This document shows positions 49,912 to 64,000 of a DNA stretch of 64,000 nt, piece after piece. A program made the position numbers and the translations under genes. The stretch is from contig NW_003314290.1 in NCBI RefSeq assembly GCF_000143415.4, positions 1,413,244 through 1,477,243 on the forward strand, read 5' to 3'. Under the pieces are notes generated by a model. It worked only from the letters and a program-made list of their open reading frames with translations. It did not search any database and was not told where the DNA came from. Source of the DNA: Selaginella moellendorffii. Its lineage: Eukaryota > Plantae > Lycopodiophyta. Each line of letters begins with the position of its first letter. The first letter of the stretch is position 1.

Positions 49912-51336
49912 AGCTTGCCGACGACCTAGCGGACCCTTTTGTCCCTCCAGTTTGTCGAAATTTGCTATCGTAGGCACTACTTGTTCTTCTGCTATCACTT
50001 TTTTCTGTCGGTACTTCAGTCACTCAGCGGAACCGTACCTGATGATCAGGTTCTAGCAGAAGCATGTTTGATTGTTATCTTTATTTTCACATTCTTTGAT
50101 TCGCAGGCAACCATAATGCTTCCATGAATCGAAAGTGATTCCCTGGTTTCTGACGATATCGTGTAAGGCCACGTTTTGTTTTTTCTCATGTTAAGGCTGT
50201 CTCTCTGTTATGACGCTGAATTTTATAGACAATGTTATAGTGAAGCTGACGGAGAGAATGCTTTACGGGAACATGCTCAGCATCACGGTCTTAACTGAAA
50301 GATCTGTCTCGGCGGAGTTAGTCCTATGGCTGGGGGAAGGATCTGTGCCCGGAGTTGATCCTGGCAAGATCAAACAGTAAGAAAGCTCCAAAGCTTTCTC
50401 CAAAACTTTCATATTGGTAAGAGAGTTCAGTTCTTTTCTTTTATCAGTTTTGCAACCTTGGTTCCAGGGACGATATGCTATATTACTTTGTCTAGTAAAC
50501 GAGGATTTGAACGGCTCTTATATCCTACAGAGTTTGTCTCTTATAGAATCTTCGGTTAAAAGCGATGGCGAACAGAAACTTGTCAAGGACATCAGGAAAG
50601 AAAGGAGATTATTATTACCTGTATACTGACTATGTATGTGTGCATGCAGGCAATGGGAATGCAGGCGGAAATGAACAAGCTGGACTGAGGGTCGTCCTGG
50701 GTGAGAGGTCGTTTGCCAGAGATAAATAAGTTTTCTCCGTATGGCCTTACTACATGATTGATATGTTTTTTCGTTCTTCAGATGACTATTCTGTTTCCAA
50801 CGAAGCAAACCGAGTTGTCCAAAGCTAATTATATTCTACGCCACGTCAAGAGGCTTTCTTCTCCGAGTGTCGTAGTTCCATCGGCGGGCCCTTATGGATC
50901 GAGCCATTGCCGATCATTTCGACAGACCGTAAGGAACATAACCAGGGTGGTTTCTAATGAAAAACCAGAGGTGAAGAGAATCCTTTGTTGTTGTTTCTGA
51001 CTGCCTGGAGGTTTTGTTTTGCTCAGATACATGAAGTATTGGAGGAGATTAATCAATTTAAGCAAATTTAATCTTTTTTAACAACTGTGCTTGGTTTTTG
51101 TTTGTCGTGCTATACTCTCATAGTGGTACATAAGGTACAGCGGAGGTTTCACGTTTTCTCAACAGCTGTTTTACACTGAAATCAGCTGAAAAAAAATCCT
51201 TTCTTCATACGTGTCGTCTTGTGGCTCCTTGCATCAGTGTTTGGATGGAGATCAGCAGCTCATCTGGTTCTCAGACTCAGAGTATGCCAAGATTGGTCCA
51301 TAAGTTTTTCTCTGACTCCGTGCTTTTGTTTGATAG

Positions 51337-52078
51337 ATCTTCCATTACCGGATATTGAAAAGAACGACTCTGACTACAGTCTCCCACCGCCGATAAAGTC
51401 GAAGCAGCAGCAGCAACTAACTGCTTGTGTTCCATGGGGAAAACGCGTCGAAGAGCTTCCCGGATTTCTGGAGGCCATGACCGCTGCAAAAGAGCGTCAA
51501 ACCCGGCTCGGCCCGGACGAAAAAAGCCGAAGCTTTCTCAAAGTTATGTGCAAGACGAGCGCAAACGGATGGATCATGGTAAGTTTTTTCCACTGTCAAA
51601 GAAGCGGTGTCATTTTGTTTATCTTCCAGGGATTTCCGTTAAAGTTTTCGAGGAAATACATGCCGCAGCGGCGAGCCGAGCTAACTATCTTGGACGAGAG
51701 CGGTGATTCGTGGCCAGTGAAATGGGTGTGGACACCCGGTTTGATGCACCCGTCGATCAACGCCGGCTGGAAGCTTTTCAGCACCTCTCACGGCCTCGAG
51801 AGAGGGGACGTGTGCCTCTTCCATCTCCACAACGCGAAGTCTCTGGCTTTCAAAGTTTACATTTTCAAGAGGCAGCGGAGGGGAAGCAAGCGTAAGCATC
51901 AACAGCAGCAGCAGCAGCAGCGTGGCCGCATCGGTTTCAACACAGCAGACGTGATTCCAGACTCGGAGGAAGAGGAAGGCTACGAACAAGAAGAAGACGA
52001 TGGAGCCAGCTTCGAGGAGCTGGAAGACATCACAGGTACGACGGAGATCAAGCTCTCGGTGAGCCAGGCAAAGTCCGC
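51337..52078 (+). CDS. B3-domain (REM-like) DNA-binding protein, partial (runs into gap; 5' end unresolved)
   Basis: FLKVM...GFPLKFSRKYMP...ILDESGDSWPVKW...AGWKLFSTSHGLERGDVCLF...FKVYIFKR, followed by poly-Q and an acidic linker. Confidence 0.8.
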
Positions 52079-52240
52079 NNNNNNNNNNNNNNNNNNNNNN
52101 NNNNNNNNNNNNNNNNNNNNNNNNNNNNNNNNNNNNNNNNNNNNNNNNNNNNNNNNNNNNNNNNNNNNNNNNNNNNNNNNNNNNNNNNNNNNNNNNNNNN
52201 NNNNNNNNNNNNNNNNNNNNNNNNNNNNNNNNNNNNNNNN
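52079..52240. other. Assembly gap (N run)
   Basis: Run of N. Confidence 1.
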
Positions 52241-52499
52241 TCGATGAGAGATGTCCTTCCTGTGAAAACTTCTATTCTCTGCGATATGCCTGCTTCTACG
52301 TATCAGTCCTTGGGAACGCGCATCGATGAGTGGTCGACAAAGGCTGTGAAAACTTCTATTCTCTGCGACTAAAGTTCTATGGGAACTCAAAGACTGCGGC
52401 TATGGTGATGAGATAAGCCCCCAAGTTCTATAAATTATGTGAAAACTTCTATAAGTTCTATGGTCTCGTTTTGCGCTTTAGGGCGTATATTTTCGTGCT

Positions 52500-55332
<2,833 letters not shown>

Positions 55333-55441
55333 AGTGCGTTCTGCTCTGTCAATTCGGGAGAGTATCTTACATCATCGTTTTATTCCACTCGTCGAGCAGC
55401 ACGCGGTGCTAGCTATCAAGGGACGACCAAAAGGAGGACAT

Positions 55442-57040
55442 TTACAGGTGAGACCCTGGGTCAGACGAGCTCAATGGAGTCATTTCGCTTTCGGCAAAGC
55501 CTCGCAGCTTAGACCACCTGTACTGCTCTGGCCAGTATCTGCGTCAAAAATGGATGGTCAGTAAAATCCATTTCGTGGTTTACTCTCTTGCAACTACTTA
55601 CTGTTGTAGTCTCTCTCGTAGCGTTCGCCGCACAGCAGCGTTGAGGCCGTAGGCTATGGAATTGAAGAGGCCCTGGAACAAGAATAATGTAAGAAACTCT
55701 ACTCTATATACGGACTCGTAGCGGTTGAATAGAGGCACGGACCATGAGAGAGGCAGTGCCTACGTCCAGCAAGCACAGCCAGAAGACTGGACGCTGTGGA
55801 GCAATGAAGCTTTGGATGCGATTCATTGTCCCACACGTCCAGGAACCGATTAAAATCAGAGGATAGTATCCCAGCCTGTTCATAATCTAAGAGAAGAAAA
55901 ATCAAACCAAAGTTTAAAACCAGCGACAACGCGAGTTATACCTTAAGATCGGCTTTTATCTCCACTTGGCGCTGTCGATCCGACATGCCAGCAGCCATCT
56001 GCAAAAGCAAGAAGTTCCATATCGCGGAAAAAAGAGACCGTCTTGCTTGCTTACACGGCTCGCATAGTTGAGCATACGAGTAACTTGGAAATAAATAAAA
56101 CCATTGAACAAGATGGCCCCCCACAAGGGAACGTAGAAACTTATAAACCGAAGGACCTGGAACAAAGAAAATGGATCGATCACACAATAGAGAAGCTCCA
56201 AGCAAAGAGATTACCTCTCCGGCTTTGGTCTGCACCCAGCACCAAGCTCCAACTTCGCCATAGTCAGTTCCCACAGATGGAAGAACAGTCATGATAAGAG
56301 AAGCTCCTGGAAAACATGGAGAAGTGGTGTAAAACCATGAAACTTTGTGCGAGGAAGAGCATACCCCAGACGTAAAGATGAAAGATTGGACCGAGCTCTT
56401 CCACATCTGTTTTGTGCCTCACCACAGTTCGATGCAACGTAAACGCGATGGCGGTCGTCCATAGAAACGATGCCACCGAGAAGAACTGCGTACAGTAGCC
56501 TTGCATGTAGCACAAGAAGCCTCGTCTTCCAGGATCACTGCCACACTGCACCACTGTGAGTGAATCCAGCCACAAGCGAAGAAACAAAAGGAAAAAACGA
56601 TAGAAACGATAGAAAGTTGGAAGAGATCGTCTTCCAGGATCACGAAGAAACAAAAGGAAAAAAAAACGATAGAAACGATAGAAAGTTGGAAGAAATCATC
56701 TTCCAGGATCACTGCACCACTGTGAGTGATCGAAGAAACAAAAGGAAAAACGATAGAGAATATCGAAAGCTGGAAGAAAGCTTACCCCAAGAGATTGAAG
56801 AAGCTGCAAAACATATCCTGGCAAAAAAGAAGAGAGATTGGAATGAAGAGCTCGAATGGAATCCAAAGAACTTACAGAGAGCGAGAGGTAGAAGACGAGG
56901 CGGAATGAGAACTTGCGAAGCTCCTTGAAGAGGAGGAAGCACGCGACGATGAAGAAGGATCCAGCGAAGGAGAAGGCGGAGGCGCCCACATTTATCCTGG
57001 AGATGGCCCGCGCCTCCTCCGCGCTCAATCCCGCGATCAT
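55442..57040 (-). CDS. GCR1: G-protein-coupled receptor GCR1 (cAMP-receptor-like 7TM), multi-exon
   Basis: GASAFSFAGSFFIVACFLLFKELRKFSFRLVFYLSLS, QGYCTQFFSVASFLWTTAIAFTLHRTVVRHKTDVEEL, GAWCW, FYVPLWGAILFNG and GLFNSIAYGLN. Confidence 0.93.
56526..56770 (-). repeat. Tandem ~65-nt duplications of the GCR1 intron-2 3' end and exon-3 start
   Basis: tcttccaggatcac...gaagaaacaaaaggaaaaa..cgatagaaacgatagaaagttggaaga repeated about 3 times. Confidence 0.85.
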
Positions 57041-57104
57041 CCCTCCGCCAGATCTAAGATCATAGCGTTTGCCCTAGCATTTGTCCTATGCCCTAATGCT
57101 CTCC

Positions 57105-57380
57105 ATGGAATCGCAGGGCAAGGAGAATGACAATGTCGTGGTCGAGGTGCTGTTCTTCGCGAGGGCGCGCGAGATCGTGGGTGTGTCGCAGATGAAACTG
57201 GAGCTACGGGCGAGCTCCACCACGCGCGATTGTATGGAAGAATTGCTATCGCGATTCCCGGGATTGGAGGAGATCAAGAGCGTTCTCATTGTAGCGCTCA
57301 ATCACGAGTACGTTTGCGAGCCATCGCAGCTCAAGCACGGCGATGAAGTAGCCCTCATCCCGCCAGTGAGCGGAGGATAG
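57105..57380 (+). CDS. CNX7: Molybdopterin synthase sulfur-carrier subunit (MOCS2A/MoaD), intronless
   Basis: VEVLFFARAREIVG...ALNHEY...GDEVALIPPVSGG* (C-terminal GG); alternative ATG at 57096. Confidence 0.93.
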   Translation: MESQGKENDNVVVEVLFFARAREIVGVSQMKLELRASSTTRDCMEELLSRFPGLEEIKSVLIVALNHEYVCEPSQLKHGDEVALIPPVSGG

Positions 57381-57538
57381 TGACGAAGGCATATTCCCGG
57401 CGAATGTACTCTTCGTACGGACGGAATAAATTTGGATGTACGGACGTGGCCCTAAAAGCGCCCTATAACCGACGGTTCAGATCGGTGGGTGACTCACCTT
57501 GATCTAACGGCTTCGGCCCGGAATGGCCCGATGCATCT

Positions 57539-57650
57539 AGAATATTCACGAAGGCGTGGACGGCGGGATGGCGCCGAGACGCGATCCTACGGCTTGTGGG
57601 TGCCCGGGTTTTCTAGAAAGTTCTGCTAGAACCGTGCCGGTCTTTATAAA
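57539..57650 (+). promoter_or_regulatory. Heat-shock elements and TATA box of HSP70
   Basis: aGAAtaTTCacGAAg (57539-57553), tTTCtaGAAagTTCt (57610-57624) and TATAAA at 57645. Confidence 0.8.
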
Positions 57651-57701
57651 GAAGCCCTCCCAAAGAAGAGAGGAAAAGAAGAGAGGTTGTGAGATTCAGC
57701 T

Positions 57702-58191
57702 ATGGCGAAAGAAGGTCCCGCTGTGGGGATTGATCTGGGCACGACGTATTCTTGCGTCGGTGTGTGGCAGCACGATCGGGTGGAGATCATCGCCAATGAT
57801 CAAGGAAACAGGACGACGCCATCGTATGTGGCCTTCACCGACACGGAGCGGCTGATTGGCGATGCCGCCAAGAACCAGGTCGCGATGAATCCCGTCAACA
57901 CTGTCTTCGGTGAGTGGAATCTCTACTAGATCTAGGAATTTCGATCGAAATCTGCGTGTTCTAGTCGAAATCTAGCCTTTTCTTGTCGAAATCTAGCTTT
58001 TTCTTGATGTTCTTCATGTAGATCTAGTTCTCGGACCTCTCGTCTGACTGTTCTTGTGCGATTTCTTTCTCAGATGCGAAGCGTTTGATCGGCAGGCGAT
58101 TCTCGGACTCTTCGGTCCAAAGCGACATGAAGTTGTGGCCATTCAAGGTCACTGCTGGTGCCGCCGAGAAGCCGATGATCACGGTCACCTA
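57702..58191 (+). CDS. HSP70: Cytosolic HSP70, 5' part only (rest in gap)
   Basis: [45 protein letters not shown]...NTVF|[12 protein letters not shown] with the conserved plant intron position. Confidence 0.95.
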
Positions 58192-58972
58192 NNNNNNNNN
58201 NNNNNNNNNNNNNNNNNNNNNNNNNNNNNNNNNNNNNNNNNNNNNNNNNNNNNNNNNNNNNNNNNNNNNNNNNNNNNNNNNNNNNNNNNNNNNNNNNNNN
58301 NNNNNNNNNNNNNNNNNNNNNNNNNNNNNNNNNNNNNNNNNNNNNNNNNNNNNNNNNNNNNNNNNNNNNNNNNNNNNNNNNNNNNNNNNNNNNNNNNNNN
58401 NNNNNNNNNNNNNNNNNNNNNNNNNNNNNNNNNNNNNNNNNNNNNNNNNNNNNNNNNNNNNNNNNNNNNNNNNNNNNNNNNNNNNNNNNNNNNNNNNNNN
58501 NNNNNNNNNNNNNNNNNNNNNNNNNNNNNNNNNNNNNNNNNNNNNNNNNNNNNNNNNNNNNNNNNNNNNNNNNNNNNNNNNNNNNNNNNNNNNNNNNNNN
58601 NNNNNNNNNNNNNNNNNNNNNNNNNNNNNNNNNNNNNNNNNNNNNNNNNNNNNNNNNNNNNNNNNNNNNNNNNNNNNNNNNNNNNNNNNNNNNNNNNNNN
58701 NNNNNNNNNNNNNNNNNNNNNNNNNNNNNNNNNNNNNNNNNNNNNNNNNNNNNNNNNNNNNNNNNNNNNNNNNNNNNNNNNNNNNNNNNNNNNNNNNNNN
58801 NNNNNNNNNNNNNNNNNNNNNNNNNNNNNNNNNNNNNNNNNNNNNNNNNNNNNNNNNNNNNNNNNNNNNNNNNNNNNNNNNNNNNNNNNNNNNNNNNNNN
58901 NNNNNNNNNNNNNNNNNNNNNNNNNNNNNNNNNNNNNNNNNNNNNNNNNNNNNNNNNNNNNNNNNNNNNNNN
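58192..58972. other. Assembly gap (N run)
   Basis: Run of N, shorter than the missing HSP70 coding sequence. Confidence 1.
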
Positions 58973-59581
58973 CATGGAATTCTAAAATCTTATGTAGGTG
59001 ACAAATTAATGAGTTTTTTTTTTCATTGTAACATACATATGATTTTTTAAAAAAAAAGTTTAAAAAGTGTTTCATAAAGTAATAACAATTGTTATTATAC
59101 TTTAAATTATTTAAAAGTCATATAATCTGAAAAACTGAATTAGTACAAACGATTATTTGAATCAACACATCTACAAAACCTTCCTTGTGAACAATTTACA
59201 GTAGATGGTGAATCGTATGATGCAAGCCCTTGCACAGGTGACAAAGATTGTGGTGAAGAAGCAGTTGGGAGGGTGCCAAGGGAGGAGTTTTGCTGCATAC
59301 TTCTGAATACAATCCTTACCAGTTGCTGTGATTTTAAATGACTTTTTTAAAGTTTTCCTACACAACTTTCACATGCGGACTGTTCTGTTTTAGGGTTTCT
59401 GTTCTTGCTATGTAGCTCGAAAATGGACTCGCACTTTTTTTGGGTGGAAAATACGCGCACTTTCTCGTAGAGCTCGATGGGGATCGCTCGGTAGCCACTT
59501 CCTCAAATAGATTCTTAATCATTCCCAGTGTTGCGTGTGTGTGTGTGTGTTTTGCTCAAGAACACTTCGAAGAGAAAAAAA

Positions 59582-61610
59582 ATGGATCTGGAGAGCTCCC
59601 GCGATCACGCCTCGCTAGAAAGCATCAAGCCATTGTCGTGTTCCATTGCCCATGGAAGCGCTGCCCGCTATATCTATGGGATTATTTTCATGCTCACCAC
59701 TCTCATCGCCTGGGTGGTGCGAGACTACAGCCACAGGGCTCTCTCCGAGCTTCATTGTAAGTTTCGTTTCTCTTTATTCTTCCATTTTTTATCCCAAGCT
59801 TTTATTGGTTTGAAGATGTGTGTATCAGATTTGGAGGGTTGCCTTGGAGGCCACAACTGTCTTGGATCGGAAGGTGTTCTTCGCATCAGTTTTGGCTGCT
59901 TTGTATCCTTTGGAGAAAACTTTCATTCATTGTTGAGTTTGTTTTTCCAGAGTTCCTAAGCTGAACTTGTATGATCCTGCATCTGAAGTTCTATCCCTCA
60001 ATCTGTCAGTGTAAGGTTATCTTCTTTGTCACGACTCTTCTCCACTCAAAGTTTCAAGCCAGTACTTCATATTTCTTTCCAAAGTTGCTATCAAGGTTTT
60101 AGCTCCTCTGGTTCCCGGCGAGTTTTTCTTTCTTCGAGTGTCTTTCCTTGACGCAGACAACTTGGAACTTGAAGGTGTTCTTCCTCGCCATGTTTGTGAC
60201 AACCGTTGGAACAACGCGTCTGTATGGAGCGCGAGATGTTTGGCACAACAGATGGTGGCCTGCCAAAGGCGTTATGTGGGTGATTCTCATGGTGCTACCC
60301 TTCCTTGTTCCTCCGTCGTTTATCCACATCTATGGTAAGTTACACAAGCTCTACGATACAAACGCTCACCGTGAGATCTTCCACTCTCTTTTGCTTAACA
60401 GGTGAAGTGGCACGCTATGGAGCTGGGTAAAACTTTCTTTTTTCTTGCAAGAAAACGTAACAAGTGTTTTCCTTGTAGGATTTTCCTTCTTATCCAGCTT
60501 CTGAGCGTTATCAATTTCATATACTGGTGGAACGAACAGTGGTTCTCCGAGGAGAGATGGTGTGTAAGTTAACATTGATATATCTTGTGCTACTTTCCTT
60601 TTGATATATCTTCTTTACCTTCTTGTTTTTGTGTAGCAAGGCTCCCATGCTTGTGGTTGCTTTTGTCAGCTTTGGAGCCTCGATCGTTGCCACAACGTAC
60701 ATGAGCCTGTGGTTTGCTCCACATATATCTTGCACGCTCAACATCTTTTTCACTTCCTGGACGGCCATTCTCATCAATGTCATGACCGCTATTTCTCTCC
60801 ACTCCAAGGCAAGTATTGCACATACAAATGGAGTTTTTCTTCATCGTTTTTTCCTTCTAGGTGAATGCTGGACTGATGACCTCGGGGTTAATGTCGGTTT
60901 ATCTGTGCTTTCTCTGCTGGTCAGCCATAATGAGGTACAAAAATCTCTTTTTTCTTGGGTAAAACCTCACAAGCTTCAATTTTTGCAGTGAGCCATTGTC
61001 CGAGGCATGCAACACAAGACCGAGACAAACCGGGAAGAGCGACTGGTTAACTCTGTTGGTAAGCATTGACACTCACTGAATGTTTAATTCCATAGTGGGG
61101 AAGTTTCAGAGTTTCGTGATTGCCTTAGCGGCAATTGTGATGGCTGCGTATTCCACCGGAACAGACTCACAAACATTTTGTGTAAGTCGTTGTCTCTCAC
61201 AATCTTCTCTTGTTTGATTCTTCTTCTTGTATCAGCTGCCCAAGAAAAGTTTCGAGCTTGACGACGAAGTGCCTTACGGCTATGGCTTCTTCCACCTCGT
61301 CTTTGCTCTCGGCTCCATGTACTTCGCCATGCTTTTCATCGGCTGGAACCTCCATCAAACAATGCACAAGTAAGAGCACAAGCTCTGGGATTCTTCTTTT
61401 CTAGTCTTTGTGTTTCCTTGATCAGATACAGCATCGATGTTGGCTGGGCCAGCGTGTGGGTGAAGATCGCAAACGAATGGGCAGCAGCAGCGATTTACAG
61501 TAAGCTCAAAAGATGAGATCTTGGTGAAAATAAAATAAAATTCACATGACTGGGTTGCAGTTTGGACGATGATCGGGCGATTTGTCCTGAGAAACAGAGA
61601 GTTCCCATGA
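59582..61610 (+). CDS. SERINC/TMS serine-incorporator family membrane protein, multi-exon
   Basis: ARYIYGIIFMLTTLIAWVVRDY, GSEGVLRISFGCF, ARYGAGIFLLIQL, VPYGYGFFHLVFALGSMYFAMLFIGW and DVGWASVWVKIANEW; ends RNREFP*. Confidence 0.92.
59903..60174 (+). other. U12-type (minor spliceosome) GT-AG intron in SERINC
   Basis: Donor GTATCCTTT at 59903 and branch-like TTCCTTGAC at ~60144-60152; splicing gives the in-frame junction FGCF|VFFLAM. Confidence 0.8.
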
Positions 61611-61730
61611 AATTTCTTTGGATTGCCCAGACAATAATAAAAGTGTTTACTGTTACCTTTTGATTATAAACAAAGGGTTAAACTGATTTGTTAGAGAACC
61701 CTTTAGGTTTAGGGTTTTGGAGCTGGAGCA

Positions 61731-62933
61731 ATGACGCTCTTCCACTTCTTCAATTGCGCCGCGCTCACGTTTGGCCCGCACGCTGTCTACTACAAGGCGA
61801 CGCCACTGTGAGTATCAATCTGATCTGCCGATCCGAATTGTCTCAGATTGACGCTATGATTGCCTTAGATCTGAGTATGACACTGTTGGGACGTGTGTTA
61901 AGGCCGCGCTTGTGTATCTGGGGACTACATTGATCAAGGTAAGCGTTCTCGTGCATAGAATCTACATTGTTTTGGTGTGTTTTCGAGAATCTCCATTGTT
62001 TTGGTGTGTTTTCGACCAAAAATCTCTGGTTTTGCTATGCAGCTTGTGCTTTTCGCAACGTTTTTACAGGCATCGGATAACGATGATTTCCATCCATCCC
62101 AAGTGAGTGAAGACATTCAAAGCGAGCGAGGAGAGAAAAGAAGAAAAAAAAAGGCCAACTTCTAACGTTTTTTGTTTTCTTTCCAGGAGATGTTGAAGGC
62201 GCTTATCGGTTTTCTGGATGTAGCCGGCATGTATTTCGCGCTCACTCAGCTCACGTACCGGAACATCTCTCAGAATCACAAGTTCCAAGCCATTGGACTT
62301 GGTATGTTTTTCTTCCTTTATTTTTCCTTTCGAGCGCAGCGCAGCCTTAGAGCTCAAGAGCAGCGTTTTAAAGTTTTTAGATCTTCACAGGATGGGCATT
62401 TGCGGATTCACTGCTGCACAGGCTCGCACCGCTGTGGGTGGGAGCAAAAGGCCACGAATTCACCTGGGACTATCTTCTGCAAGGAATTGAAGCAAACGTG
62501 AACCTGGTAAGCACCCTTTTGCTGTCTCGAAGTTTTTCTCGACTTTAGTTTTTGCTGTGTCATCTTTTGTTCGAGTTCACGAATTGTTTCTTCTGTGTTT
62601 CCAGGTTCTTACAGTGTCTTTGGCCGCTCTGGGATCGCTAATGTGGCTTCGAAAATCCAAGCCGTCGGCATTAGTTCCAATCATCTACACAAGTGCTGGA
62701 ATCCTCGCAGCTATGCCGTCGATCAGCAGGTTCCTCTCTTCATTTAAAGTTCTTCCGTAGTTGCTGGTGATAAAGAGCTTAAAAGTTTCGTTCGTCTCTA
62801 TCCTTTCAGCTACTTGCATCGAGGACTTAAGTGGGATTTTTCCAAAGTCGTGGGATTTGAGATGTCGGCAGCGGTGGCCATGGCTTTGGTAACTTGGCGT
62901 CTCTTCAGTGCGTGCCAGAGGCCTCAAGCATGA
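61731..62933 (+). CDS. TMEM147: TMEM147 (BOS complex subunit) homologue, multi-exon
   Basis: MTLFHFFNCAALTFGPHAVYYKATPLSEY and GLGWAFADSLLHRLAPLWVGAKGHEFTWDYLLQGIEAN. Confidence 0.92.
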
Positions 62934-63040
62934 CAAGAAGGTGCAAATCTTTTTCCTGGAATTTTTTGAATGGAATCGCAATCTCACTGTAAGGCTTTCC
63001 AGCCAAAAGCCTTACGAAACGCTCCAAAATTCCTTTCTTC

Positions 63041-63140
63041 NNNNNNNNNNNNNNNNNNNNNNNNNNNNNNNNNNNNNNNNNNNNNNNNNNNNNNNNNNNN
63101 NNNNNNNNNNNNNNNNNNNNNNNNNNNNNNNNNNNNNNNN
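63041..63140. other. Assembly gap (N run)
   Basis: Run of N. Confidence 1.

Positions 63141-63192
<52 letters not shown>
63141..63192. repeat. (AG)n microsatellite
   Basis: Direct AG run next to the gap. Confidence 0.95.
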
Positions 63193-63197
<5 letters not shown>

Positions 63198-63289
63198 TTT
63201 CCTGGAATGGTGGTGAGCGAGCTGCTTATCCAAAGATCACATCATTCATGATAACGGTACCTTCTCTCCTGTCGATCGATCGAATCGAA

Positions 63290-64000
63290 TCAAAATGGCT
63301 GCTGCCGGCTGATGGCGATCGGGCTCTGCACCATCTGTCGTCCTCCGCGAGTGTTGCTCCAAATCAGCACCCCGAACTGCGTCTCCGACTCGCCCGCCGC
63401 CACAGACCGCGACGACTTGGCCGTGATGCTCATCTGAAACTCCATCTTCTGGTTCCTCTTCTGGAACTCGAGCTTGCTGGGCTTGACAGTGATCTCCACT
63501 CCCCTCGGCGCCACCACCCTCGCAGTATACAAAGACTTCGCCGGCCCAACGTTGGTCACAGTCCTTGACACCGTGGTGGTGTAAGCCTTCTGGCTCAGAT
63601 CAAACACCACCGAGAAGGATGGATAGTTGAGGCTGCTGGGCCGGTCCCTCGTCGTGCTGTCCTTGCTACACGAGAAGTGACTCCGGGTGACGGTCGACCG
63701 GGCCCTGCTCGAGTAGTTCAGCCCGCACAGGAACCTCTCGTAGTCCCGCACCGACAAGTCGTACACCAGGCCCGGGTCGAGAGCGCTCACGGGGTCCACG
63801 AGCCCGGATCCAAAGTCGAATGGCGTGGAAGAGTTGGACGTGGCCTCGTCGCCGATTACGTGCCCGGACTTCCCTTCCATTGTAGAAGTTGTCATGAGCG
63901 CCGACCGGATGGCGGCCGGGCTCCAAGTCGGGTGAGCCGACTTGAGCAGCGCGGCGAGGCCACTGACGTGAGGACAGGCCATGGAAGTCCCGGACAGGAT
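63290..64000 (-). CDS. Subtilisin-like serine protease (S8A), 3' part
   Basis: ILSGTSMACPHVSG (catalytic Ser), HPTWSPAAIRSALMTT, DPGLVYD, LNYPSF and RTVTNVG Fn3 tail; continues beyond the window. Confidence 0.95.
   Translation of the reverse strand: MLSGTSMACPHVSGLAALLKSAHPTWSPAAIRSALMTTSTMEGKSGHVIGDEATSNSSTPFDFGSGLVDPVSALDPGLVYDLSVRDYERFLCGLNYSSRARSTVTRSHFSCSKDSTTRDRPSSLNYPSFSVVFDLSQKAYTTTVSRTVTNVGPAKSLYTARVVAPRGVEITVKPSKLEFQKRNQKMEFQMSITAKSSRSVAAGESETQFGVLIWSNTRGGRQMVQSPIAISRQQPF

Noticed and set aside
49940-51200. Possible additional spliced gene between PhoD and B3
   Set aside because: Exon-like segments with GT/AG borders exist, but I could not assemble a stop-free frame or recognise a family, so it is left uncalled.
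52260-52452. Repeated GTGAAAACTTCTAT(TCTCTGCGA) motif upstream of the GDH-like gene
   Set aside because: Three short copies next to a gap; cannot be distinguished from a local duplication or assembly artefact, and no function is supportable.
57702-59075. Truncated HSP70 pseudogene
   Set aside because: The missing part coincides with an N gap whose length is only an estimate. The intact HSEs and 5' exons give no evidence of decay.

Overview
Gene-dense eukaryotic plant nuclear DNA with very short (mostly about 45-70 nt) spliceosomal introns, short intergenic spacers and four assembly gaps. These properties and the gene content suggest a lycophyte such as Selaginella (inference). About 25 protein-coding loci are recognisable, in order: RSH1, ribokinase, SelF/Sep15-like, a frameshifted xyloglucan fucosyltransferase, a TPT/NST-family transporter, UPL7 HECT E3, an intronless Ser/Thr kinase, a CofG-CofH FO synthase, APS kinase, an F-box/kelch protein, LEA_3, an At1g01500-like protein, PheRS-alpha, a PCC13-62-like protein, SOSEKI, INTS1-like, ATX1, PhoD-like, a B3 protein, a Zn-finger/NADP-GDH-like protein, GCR1, CNX7, HSP70 (partial), SERINC, TMEM147 and a subtilase (partial). 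A decayed Ty3/gypsy element occupies about 22.8-27.6 kb. Main points of interest: (1) an apparently intact, spliced deazaflavin (FO) synthase with two radical-SAM motifs and a transit-peptide-like leader; (2) a GDH-fold protein fused to a TTF-like Zn finger, with the catalytic Lys replaced by Glu (candidate metabolite-sensing pseudoenzyme); (3) a 195-bp 5S-rRNA-containing Cassandra-type solo LTR with a perfect 5-bp target-site duplication, nested in the gypsy gag; (4) an INTS1 homologue whose observed frameshift lies on an in-phase A_AAT_TTC slippery heptamer; (5) five P1BS motifs in the RSH1/ribokinase divergent promoter; (6) two broken tRNA-Gly copies bracketing an AT-rich fucosyltransferase island; (7) a duplicated decoy splice acceptor in GCR1; (8) a U12-type intron in SERINC. 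All homology calls come from motif recognition and recalled family sequences. No database searches were run.
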